From: Candidatus Aquidulcis sp.
Lineage (GTDB): Bacteria > Chloroflexota > Anaerolineae > UBA4142
Direction: 5' to 3'
DNA: 64,000 nt
NCBI GenBank assembly: GCA_020723345.1
Contig: DYJA01000002.1
Location: 137,544 to 201,543, forward strand
Shown here: positions 46,353 through 54,131 of the stretch, piece after piece
Layout of the letters: each line of letters opens with the position of its first letter
Position numbering within the stretch: position 1 is the first letter of the stretch
Program-made: the position numbers and the translations under genes
The notes under the pieces: model-generated
Told to the model about the DNA's origin: nothing
The model's input: only the letters and a program-made list of their open reading frames with translations
The model's database searches: none

Positions 46353-47279
46353 TTACGGAGATAGAGTTACAATCTCGATCTGGCGCGGCACGAGTTCCAG
46401 CGTCAACTGTTTTGCTTCGACGCAGAGTGTCTCGCCGTCAATGTGCGCGGGCAAAACGCCGTCGAGCGCGGTGACGACGACGCGCCGCGCTTGCGCGATT
46501 TTGACGGCTGGGTCAGTCGCTTGCGTCCCTTGCAAAAATTTTGGAATGAGCGCGAGAATTTTCGCGCGGCTCACTTGCCGCGCGATCGTCAGATCGAACA
46601 AGCCGTCGTCGCTTTTGCCGCGCGGCGCCATCTTGAATCCGCCGCCCAAGCGTCTGCCGTTCATCGTCGAGACCATCAGCGCGCGCTGCGTGATCGTTTC
46701 GCCGTTGTATTCAATCTTCACGAGTGGCGCGCGATAGTACAGAAAAATCGTTTTCAACGCGGCGACGATGTATGACGGAAAGCCGCTCAGTCGTTTCATC
46801 TTGACCGCGACGAAACCAACCACCGCGTCAAAGCCGATGCCGACGCCGTTGCCAAAGTATCGTCCCGCCGGATACAAGCCGCCGGTCGCCAGACCAACGT
46901 CAATCACGCGCCGCCGATCTTGCGCGAGCACACGGCAGCCCTCCGCGAGATCGCGCGGCACATCCACGCCGAACGCGAAATCGTTGCCGCGACCGACGGA
47001 CAGCGCGCCCATCGCGACATTGGCGATGCCCGCGCGTTTCGCCAGCATCAAGCCATTCAAAACTTCGTTCGCAGTACCGTCGCCGCCGACGGCGACCACC
47101 ACATCGAAACCGCGCGCGGCGGCTTGCTGCGTCAATTCCGCCGCGTGCCAGGGACGCTCGGTGAGGACAATATCGAAATCCAAACGATGCTCGCGCAACA
47201 ATTGCTCAATCGTCGTGACGGCGCGTCCGCCTGCGCCGCGACCTGAGGTGGGATTGACGATGATCTTGTATCGGCTCAT
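46353..47279 (-). CDS. Diacylglycerol kinase-family lipid kinase (YegS/BmrU-like)
   Basis: YKIIVNPTSGRG, VVAVGGDGTANEVLNG, LSVGRGNDFA. Confidence 0.9.
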   Translation of the reverse strand: MSRYKIIVNPTSGRGAGGRAVTTIEQLLREHRLDFDIVLTERPWHAAELTQQAAARGFDVVVAVGGDGTANEVLNGLMLAKRAGIANVAMGALSVGRGNDFAFGVDVPRDLAEGCRVLAQDRRRVIDVGLATGGLYPAGRYFGNGVGIGFDAVVGFVAVKMKRLSGFPSYIVAALKTIFLYYRAPLVKIEYNGETITQRALMVSTMNGRRLGGGFKMAPRGKSDDGLFDLTIARQVSRAKILALIPKFLQGTQATDPAVKIAQARRVVVTALDGVLPAHIDGETLCVEAKQLTLELVPRQIEIVTLSP

Positions 47280-47322
47280 TCCTTTGTTGCCTCGCGAGAG
47301 TTGTGCTACAATGCCGCCGTCG

Positions 47323-47829
47323 CTATTTGACTTCTATTTGCGACGGCGTTCTTACTTCCATTTCGAGTGTGCCGCGATAACTTGCGATCTTTCCCGTGAC
47401 GCAGATCGTTTTGCCGCGGTACAAAGTTTCGGGCGCGGAGGGAAAATTCGCGCGCTGATTGCCCCAAATCAAAACGCTGAACCGCGCGGGATCGGGGTAC
47501 GCGCGTCCGAGGTCGAGATAGGTTGGTTGCCCGTTCGTGGTTTGCGCGAAGGTTGTGCGGAGGACGGGTCCGCAAACAATCTTGGTTTGATTCAAGTAGT
47601 TGCCGGCGTCACTCCAGGAAATCGTTTCAGTTCCGGGGGAAATACTCGTCGGCGCGAGGGTTGGCGCGGAGGCGATAGGTGTCGCGATGGCAGCGCGTGG
47701 GGTTTGCGCGGGCGCAACGGGCGTTGCCGTAATTACCCACGGCGTCTGCGTGGGCGGAACTGGGGTCGGGTTGGTAACACATCCGATCAGAACGATTGCC
47801 AAAATCGCTAGCGCGGTCGCGGGTTTCAT
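47323..47829 (-). CDS. Lipoprotein with Pro/Thr-rich linker and OB-fold-like C-terminal domain
   Basis: AAAGGAGGG RBS before MKPATALAILAIVLIGC (lipobox). C-terminal LYRGKTICVTGKIASYRGTLEMEV. Confidence 0.75.
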   Translation of the reverse strand: MKPATALAILAIVLIGCVTNPTPVPPTQTPWVITATPVAPAQTPRAAIATPIASAPTLAPTSISPGTETISWSDAGNYLNQTKIVCGPVLRTTFAQTTNGQPTYLDLGRAYPDPARFSVLIWGNQRANFPSAPETLYRGKTICVTGKIASYRGTLEMEVRTPSQIEVK

Positions 47830-47997
47830 CGGACTCCCTCCTTTGGGAAGATGTGTGTTCGTTTGTGTACCCGATTGGATTATACCGCAAGTTGGAGGTC
47901 GAATCAAATGACGAAACAAAGGATGAAGGACGAAGGCAGAAGGATGAAGACTGAGACGATCAATTCGTCTCGCATCTTTTCGAAGGAGAAGAAATAG

Positions 47998-48378
47998 ATG
48001 TCGCGTGAAACTTGGAGTGTAAACTTGTATTTGCTGAATTGCGCGCTTTTATTCACGCACGAAATCGATTCCGCGTTTTGGAAAGAGTGGGATTTGTTCG
48101 GTATTCCCGGCGGCATTCAGGTTTTTCTCGTTCTCAATTTCTTGCTGCTGCTCGTCGCGCTGTACGGGTTTCAGCAAGTTGTCCTGGGAACGAAAACCGC
48201 GCGTGTGTTTTCGCTGCTACTCGCCGCGGCGGGCGTGTTCGCGTTTGACGTCCACTTGTTTTTTATCGCGACAGGACATCCCGAATTTACATTGCCCGCC
48301 TCGATTGCCGTGTTGGTTGCGACGCTGATCGTGTCGCTCGCGCAAGGATTTCTCGCGTTGCGCGAAATGCGAAGGTAG
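47998..48378 (+). CDS. Small membrane protein (4 TM; DUF6713-like)
   Basis: LYLLNCALLFTHEIDSAFWKEWDLF followed by three further hydrophobic helices. Confidence 0.7.
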   Translation: MSRETWSVNLYLLNCALLFTHEIDSAFWKEWDLFGIPGGIQVFLVLNFLLLLVALYGFQQVVLGTKTARVFSLLLAAAGVFAFDVHLFFIATGHPEFTLPASIAVLVATLIVSLAQGFLALREMRR

Positions 48379-48488
48379 CGCAAGAAACGCAAGGGACACA
48401 GATGAACGCAGATGAACACAGATCAAACTAGAAATCATTGTTCTTGTTTTCTTCGTGTTCATCGCGCCTTTCGTGGACAGAGTTCTTA

Positions 48489-48947
48489 ATGGGAAATATG
48501 AAAACGCAGTACGATATCCGCCGCATCACCGCCGCCGAAACGCGCCAACTGCGCCAGCAAGTTTTGCGCCCGAAGCGGCGTCCCGAAGAGCAAGTTTACC
48601 CGAACGACGACGTGCCGGACGCGCTGCACACCGGCGCGTTTCACGACGGTAAATTGGTCGGCATCGCGACTGTGTTCCGCGACGCGCCGCCGGGCGAAAC
48701 GCAGCCGCGCGCGTGGCGTCTGCGCGGCATGGCAGTTCTGCCCGAAATGCAAGGGCAGGGCGTCGGGCGCGCGCTCGTCGAGTTTTGCGTCGCGCACATT
48801 CGCGCGCACGACGGCGATGTGCTGTGGTGCAACGGGCGCACCTCCGCGCGCGCGTTCTACGAGTCGGTTGGGTTCCGCGCGACCGGCGCGGAATTCGATG
48901 TGCCGGTAAGCGGCGCGCATTTTGTGTTCCGGCGCGATTTGTTGTAG
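48489..48947 (+). CDS. GNAT-family N-acetyltransferase
   Basis: RLRGMAVLPEMQGQGVGRALVEF (acetyl-CoA loop), NGRTSARAFYESVGF. Start set at MGNMKT. The stop TAG is part of the following element. Confidence 0.85.
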   Translation: MGNMKTQYDIRRITAAETRQLRQQVLRPKRRPEEQVYPNDDVPDALHTGAFHDGKLVGIATVFRDAPPGETQPRAWRLRGMAVLPEMQGQGVGRALVEFCVAHIRAHDGDVLWCNGRTSARAFYESVGFRATGAEFDVPVSGAHFVFRRDLL

Positions 48948-49084
48948 GGGCGAAACATTCGCCAAATCCTGTTGGTGGGCAATAGACTTGCGGGAATAAT
49001 TTGTCCACGAAGGACACGAAGGAGCACCAAGTTTTTTCTTCGTGTTTCTTCGTGCTCTTGGTGGACGAATGTTTTGCCCTTACA
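48945..49084. repeat. Composite element: GTAGGGGCGAAACATTCGCC...CGAATGTTTTGCCCTTAC with a nested cacgaagg hairpin
   Basis: Outer inverted repeat plus inner hairpin gtccacgaaggacacgaaggagcaccaag-ttttttc-ttcgtgtttcttcgtgctcttggtggac (49003-49066). Confidence 0.8.
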
Positions 49085-49085
49085 T

Positions 49086-49115
49086 TTGACAACCGCCCGC
49101 CTTCTGCAATACAAT
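49086..49115 (+). promoter_or_regulatory. Promoter candidate for the NTPase-WD40/SIR2 operon
   Basis: TTGACA, 18-nt spacer, TACAAT; about 40 nt before GTG 49158. Confidence 0.45.
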
Positions 49116-49157
49116 ACGGTCGTGCGATGACAGCCGAAACCTGGCAAGGATGGCAGC

Positions 49158-51917
49158 GTGAATGATTCCCCAAATCCGCACGTCCCAGATTGTCCCTACG
49201 TCGGCTTGCAACCATACTCCGAAGCCGAACGCGAATACTTTTTCGGTCGCGAGCAAGACACCGAAACGATTGCCGCGAACTTGCTCACCGCGCCGCTGAC
49301 GTTGCTTTACGGCGCGAGCGGCGTCGGCAAAACGTCCGTGCTTGCGGCAGGCGTTGTGCCGTACTTGCGCGCGATGCCTGATGTACTTGTTGTTTTGTTT
49401 CGGCAGTGGCAGGACAGCACGTTTCAAGATGTGCTGATGAACGACGTTGATACAACGGTCTACTACTCAAGAGCCAAACTGCTGAGTAATAGGACACCGC
49501 TTCCGTTCGACGAATTCCTCGCGCGCGCGGCGCAAGAAACCAACCGCACGCTCCTCATCATCCTTGATCAGTTTGAAGAGTATTTTCTCTATCACCCTAA
49601 CGGAAATCCGTTCGAGGAGCAACTCGCGCGTGCGATCAATAGGGGCGACGTGAACGCAAATTTCATTCTCTCCATGCGCGAGGACGCGCTCTCACAACTC
49701 GACCGCTTTGAAACACGGATTCCCAACTTGATGAGCAACTATTTGCGCTTGGAGCATTTGGACCGCGCTGGTGCAGGGCGCGCGATTCGCAAGCCGCTGG
49801 ATGTGTACAACGCGCGCCGAACTGACGCGTCCCCGATAACGATCGAAGACGCGCTGGTGGATGCGTTGATTGAGCAAGTTCGCACGGGACGCGTGACGCT
49901 GGGGCGCGCAGGGCAAGGCGAAATTGCCGTAATGCAATCCGCCGACACGCGCGATACGCGCATTGAGGCGCCCTTTCTGCAAATGGTCTTGACTCGTCTC
50001 TGGGAGGAAGAAACTCGTGCCGGCGCGCGCAACCTTAGACTTGCAACCTTGAACCTCCTTGGTGGCGCTGAAAAAATCGTGCGAACGCATCTGGACGAAG
50101 TAATGAACAGATTGCGCGCGCCGGAGCAAGAAGTTTGCTCCACCTTCTTCGACCGATTGGTCACGCCGTCGGGCACCAAGATCGCGCAGAACGCCGACGA
50201 CCTGGTGACGTATGCTGCGCGTTCCGCTGCTCAAGTCACTCCCATTCTCAAGAAACTTGCCGACGCGCGCGTCCTGCGTCCGATTGCGCCGCCGCTGAAT
50301 CAGCCCCAGGTCGCGCGCTATGAGATTTTTCACGATGTGATTGCGCCTGCGATTCTGGATTGGCGCAGACGTTTCGTTGATCGCAAGCGCGTTCGTCGCT
50401 TGGGATTGATTACGCTGGGGGCTGTTTTGCTCGTGGTGGTGTTCAGTTTGTTGTCGCTCTTTGCGTTCCAGCAAATGTTGAATGCGCAGGATGCCGAGGG
50501 GCGCGCGATTGTTCAACGCAACGCAGCGGCTACTTCGGAAGCGCGTGCGGTAACGCAGGAAGCGAGCGCATACCAGCAACGCGCCGAAGCGCAGAATCAG
50601 GCAAACGCGCGGGCTACGGCGGAAGCGCAGGCATTGGTTCAACGTGATGCGGCAGAGAAATCCAAGGGTGAAGCGCTCACTCAACAAAAGATCGCCTTTT
50701 CGCGTGAATTGGCGGGGATAGCGCTCGCGCGATTGCCTGTTGACCCAGAACAAAGTCTGCTCTTGGCTCTCCATGCCGCCGAGATTTCTCCGACTGAACA
50801 GGCAGAGGACGCCTTGCGCCAATCATTGCGCGGGTATGCTTTGCGTGCTGCATTGCGCGGGCACACTGCTAGTGTGTATGCTGGATTCAGCCCGGACGGC
50901 AAATTCATCGTCACGGCAAGTCTAGACAATACGGCGCGTGTGTGGGAGACGAGCACAGGCAAGAGTATCGTTGAACTGCGTGGGCACACCGGTCAGGTGC
51001 GAAGCGCCCAATTTAGTCCCGACGGCAAATTCATTGTCACGGCGAGTCAAGATGGAACCGCGCGGGTTTGGGAGGCGAGTACCGGTAAAAGTATCGCCGA
51101 ACTGCGTGGACATACTGCGACCGTGCGCCATGCCGTGTTCAGCCCGGATGGCAAGTTCGTCGTCACAGGAAGCAATGACTACACAGCGCGCATTTGGGAA
51201 GCCAGCACAGGCAAGAACATCCGGGAACTGCGTTGGCACGGGAGTTCTTTGAGCGGCGTGGCATACAGTCCCGACGGCAAATCTATTGTTACGGTGAGCT
51301 CAGGCGCGGGCGCGCGGATTTGGGAAGCGAGTACAGGCAGAGGTATCTCGGAACTACGCGGGCACACGAAATCCATAAATAGCGTCGCGTTTAGTCCCGA
51401 CGGCAAATTTATTGTCACCGCGAGTTCGGACAATACGGCGCGCGTGTGGGAAACAAGCACAGGCAGGAATATTGCGGAATTGCAGGGGCACACGGATGTC
51501 GTACGAAGCGCGACATTCAGTCCTGATGGCATGTTCGTCGTCACTGGCAGTTCGGATAACACAGCGCACGTGTGGGAGGCAAGCACAGGCAAGAGTATTA
51601 TGGAATTGCGCGGACATACGGGGTACGTGACTATTGCCGCATTTAGTCCGGATGGCAAGTTCATCGTGACAGTCAGTAGAGATGGAACCGCGCGGGTGTG
51701 GGAGGCAAGCACAGGGAGAGGCATCGCGGAACTACGCGGACACACCACTGAAATCAATAGTGTTGAATTCAGTCCCGATAGTAAATTCATTCTCACCGGG
51801 AGCGCTGATTTTACCGCGCGGCTATGGGAGGCGAATAGCCGCGACAGTATTATAGTATTCCTTCGCAGAAACTATCACGACCGCGAAGATTCTTGGGACA
51901 CAGATGAACACAGATAA
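49158..51917 (+). CDS. STAND-like P-loop NTPase, single TM helix, Ala/Gln-rich coiled coil and 8 WD40 repeats
   Basis: CPYVGLQPYSEAEREYFFGREQD, Walker A YGASGVGKTSVLAAGVVPYL, Walker B LLIILDQFEEYF, ILSMREDALSQLD. RRRFVDRKRVRR then TM LGLITLGAVLLVVVFSLLSLFAF. Eight LRGHT...FSPDGK...TARVWE units. The ORF terminates inside a hairpin repeat. Confidence 0.85.
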   Translation: MNDSPNPHVPDCPYVGLQPYSEAEREYFFGREQDTETIAANLLTAPLTLLYGASGVGKTSVLAAGVVPYLRAMPDVLVVLFRQWQDSTFQDVLMNDVDTTVYYSRAKLLSNRTPLPFDEFLARAAQETNRTLLIILDQFEEYFLYHPNGNPFEEQLARAINRGDVNANFILSMREDALSQLDRFETRIPNLMSNYLRLEHLDRAGAGRAIRKPLDVYNARRTDASPITIEDALVDALIEQVRTGRVTLGRAGQGEIAVMQSADTRDTRIEAPFLQMVLTRLWEEETRAGARNLRLATLNLLGGAEKIVRTHLDEVMNRLRAPEQEVCSTFFDRLVTPSGTKIAQNADDLVTYAARSAAQVTPILKKLADARVLRPIAPPLNQPQVARYEIFHDVIAPAILDWRRRFVDRKRVRRLGLITLGAVLLVVVFSLLSLFAFQQMLNAQDAEGRAIVQRNAAATSEARAVTQEASAYQQRAEAQNQANARATAEAQALVQRDAAEKSKGEALTQQKIAFSRELAGIALARLPVDPEQSLLLALHAAEISPTEQAEDALRQSLRGYALRAALRGHTASVYAGFSPDGKFIVTASLDNTARVWETSTGKSIVELRGHTGQVRSAQFSPDGKFIVTASQDGTARVWEASTGKSIAELRGHTATVRHAVFSPDGKFVVTGSNDYTARIWEASTGKNIRELRWHGSSLSGVAYSPDGKSIVTVSSGAGARIWEASTGRGISELRGHTKSINSVAFSPDGKFIVTASSDNTARVWETSTGRNIAELQGHTDVVRSATFSPDGMFVVTGSSDNTAHVWEASTGKSIMELRGHTGYVTIAAFSPDGKFIVTVSRDGTARVWEASTGRGIAELRGHTTEINSVEFSPDSKFILTGSADFTARLWEANSRDSIIVFLRRNYHDREDSWDTDEHR

Positions 51918-52850
51918 ACACAGATAGAAAAATCAGTGTTCATCAGTGTTTATCAGTGTCCAAAAGATTTGGTTGCGGCTATGCTGCGCTATGGATCTGC
52001 GCGGACATACAAGTAAGATCCGGAGCATCGTGTTCAGCCCAGATGGAAAATCTCTCGTGACCGCAAGCGAGGACAACACCGCCCGAGTATGGGAAGCAAG
52101 CACAGGCGCGAGTATCCTTGTATTGAGTGGGCATAAGGGTTTCTTGCGGAGTGTTGCCTACAGTCCCGAGGGCAAGTTCATCGTCACCGCGAGTGGAGAT
52201 TCGATAGCGCGGGTGTGGGAGGCGAGTACAGGTAAGAGTATCCTGGAACTGCGCGGACACACAAAAGATGTTCGCAGCGCCGCGTATAGCCCCGATGGCA
52301 AGTTCATCGTCACCGCAAGCATAGATGGGAGTGCGCGCGTGTGGGAGGCAGGCACAGGTAAGGGAATCATGGAATTGCGGGGGCACGGTATCCATAGCGT
52401 CCTCAACGCCGCGTTCAGTCCGGATGGCAAGCGCATCGTCACGGCGGGCTGGGATGGCATCGCGAAGGTGTGGGAGACAAGTACAGGCAAGAGCACAATC
52501 GAATTGCGCGGACATACACTAGGTTTATACAGCGCCACATTCAGTCCGGATGGCAAGTTGATTGTTACTACCAGTGTGGACGGAACTGTACGGATATGGG
52601 AAGCCAGCACAGGCAAGAGCGTCATCGAATTGCACGCGCACGCAGGTGATTCGCACAGCGCCGCATTCAGTCCTGATGGGAAATATGTCGTCACTGTAGG
52701 TTTGGACGGAAACGCGAGGGTATGGGAGACTAGCACCGGCAAACACATCGTCGAAATATCTGAGGCGACTGCCATATTCAGCGCCGTCTTCCATCCCGAA
52801 GGCAAGTTAATCGCGACTGCAAGTAGCGATGGCGTTGCGCGCATTTACGT
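50853..52850 (+). repeat. Tandem 126-bp (42-codon) WD40 coding repeats, 15-16 units across two ORFs
   Basis: Units LRGHTxxVxSxxFSPDGKFIVTASxDxTARVWEASTGKSIxE are highly similar at the DNA level. Differences cluster just after GHT and around S-x-D-x-T. Confidence 0.85.
51896..51961. repeat. Hairpin of cacagat units interrupting the WD40 array
   Basis: ggacacagatgaacacagataaacacagatag-aaaaa-tcagtgttcatcagtgtttatcagtgtcc. Near-identical core to 57152-57218. Confidence 0.85.
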
Positions 52851-53028
52851 CTGTGAGGTGTGTGCTCCATTCCAAGACCTTATCGCGCTTGCACGCACGC
52901 GCATCACGCGCGAGTTCATGTGCGAAGAGCGGCAAAGGTATTTGCACGAAAATATTGTCTGCTCAACGCCAACGCCAATCCTAACTCAAACTCCAGAGCC
53001 CCCGCAGACAATAACGCCTGGTAGGTGA
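51946..53028 (+). CDS. WD40-repeat protein (7 repeats), probably the detached C-terminal part of the preceding gene
   Basis: The first ATG lies inside the hairpin. The recognisable sequence starts DLRGHTSKIRSIVFSPDGK. No signal peptide or TM. An alternative start is ATG 51991. Confidence 0.7.
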   Translation: MFISVQKIWLRLCCAMDLRGHTSKIRSIVFSPDGKSLVTASEDNTARVWEASTGASILVLSGHKGFLRSVAYSPEGKFIVTASGDSIARVWEASTGKSILELRGHTKDVRSAAYSPDGKFIVTASIDGSARVWEAGTGKGIMELRGHGIHSVLNAAFSPDGKRIVTAGWDGIAKVWETSTGKSTIELRGHTLGLYSATFSPDGKLIVTTSVDGTVRIWEASTGKSVIELHAHAGDSHSAAFSPDGKYVVTVGLDGNARVWETSTGKHIVEISEATAIFSAVFHPEGKLIATASSDGVARIYVCEVCAPFQDLIALARTRITREFMCEERQRYLHENIVCSTPTPILTQTPEPPQTITPGR

Positions 53029-53032
53029 TCTT

Positions 53033-53980
53033 ATGCCCGAACCACCTTATGGTATCATTGTCAACCAATTGAAACAAGGGAACGTCATTCCCTTCCTCGG
53101 CGCGGGCGCGTCGTTGAGCGGACGTCCGGTGGACGCGAAATGGAACGACAAGACCGCCGCGTTTCTTCCAACCGGCAGAGAACTCGCGCACCAACTCGCC
53201 GAGGATTCCAGTTTGCCGTCCACAGAATCGTACGACCGCGATGATCTCTCCAAAGTTTCGTCGTACTACGCCGAAGTCGCCGCAAACCGCGCCGACTTGA
53301 TCGGCTGTCTGCATCAAACGCTTGACCGCGATTATCAGATCGGCGCGATCCACCGTTTTCTCGCAGACGCCGACGTGCCGCTTCTCATCGTCACGACGAA
53401 TTACGATGATCTGATCGAGCGCGCGTTTCAGGCAAAGGGTAAACCGTACCATCTCGTCGCGTATCCCACCGATCACAAAGAACTCGCGGCAGCGGTATTG
53501 TGGTGGAAGCCCGGCGCAGCCGACCCCGAAGCGCACGCGCCCAAATCGCTTCCGCTCTCGCTCAGCGATACGACCATCATCTACAAGATGCACGGCACGG
53601 TGGATCGGCAAGCGAACAAGTGGGATTCGTACGTCATCACCGAAGAAGACTATGTGGACTTTCTCGCGCGGATGACGGGGCAGACCGCGATCCCCGCGCG
53701 CTTGATGCTCGAATTTCGCAAGCGGCGTTTTCTCTTTCTCGGCTACGGTCTGCGCGATTGGAACCTGCGCGTGATGCTGCGTCACCTCAAAAGCGCACTC
53801 GCCACAACCGAAACGACCGCGCCGCTAACCGATGCGGGCGAGGATTTGCGCTCGTGGGCGATCCAGCGCAATCCATCGGAGTTGGAACGCGCGCTGTGGC
53901 TTGCGCGCAAGGTGAACATTTACGATCTGGAGATTGACGCGTTCGTCGGCAAGTTGCGCGAGAAGATGGGCATTGCGTAG
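53033..53980 (+). CDS. SIR2-like (SIR2_2-type) protein, paralogue of 43997-44878
   Basis: VIPFLGAGASLSG, LLIVTTNYDDLIERAF, IIYKMHGT, YVITEEDYVDFL, RFLFLGYGLRDWNLRVMLRHL. Starts 4 nt after the WD40 stop. Confidence 0.85.
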   Translation: MPEPPYGIIVNQLKQGNVIPFLGAGASLSGRPVDAKWNDKTAAFLPTGRELAHQLAEDSSLPSTESYDRDDLSKVSSYYAEVAANRADLIGCLHQTLDRDYQIGAIHRFLADADVPLLIVTTNYDDLIERAFQAKGKPYHLVAYPTDHKELAAAVLWWKPGAADPEAHAPKSLPLSLSDTTIIYKMHGTVDRQANKWDSYVITEEDYVDFLARMTGQTAIPARLMLEFRKRRFLFLGYGLRDWNLRVMLRHLKSALATTETTAPLTDAGEDLRSWAIQRNPSELERALWLARKVNIYDLEIDAFVGKLREKMGIA

Positions 53981-54079
53981 GGGCGAAGCATTTGCCAAAT
54001 CGTGATCGCATGCCAAGACGATTGGCATAATGCAAACAACTTGCCGACAAACCGTCTTGCGCAAATGCTTCGCCCTTAC
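53978..54079. repeat. GTAGGGGCGAAGCATTTGCC...GCAAATGCTTCGCCCTTAC element
   Basis: Same termini and same orientation as 48945-49084. Its TAG is the stop codon of the SIR2-like gene. Confidence 0.8.
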
Positions 54080-54096
54080 GCGGCACGGGGCAGCGT

Positions 54097-54125
54097 TTGA
54101 CCAATCCCCCAACCTGTGCTATAAA
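54097..54125 (+). promoter_or_regulatory. Promoter candidate for the aspS leader
   Basis: TTGACC, 17-nt spacer, TATAAA. Confidence 0.5.
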
Positions 54126-54131
54126 CCACGC

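Noticed and set aside
51946-51990. Taking ATG 51946 as a genuine start codon of the second WD40 gene.
   Set aside because: The ATG and the following 5 codons lie inside one arm of the cacagat hairpin with no RBS. It is kept only as the ORF-track coordinate with a caveat.
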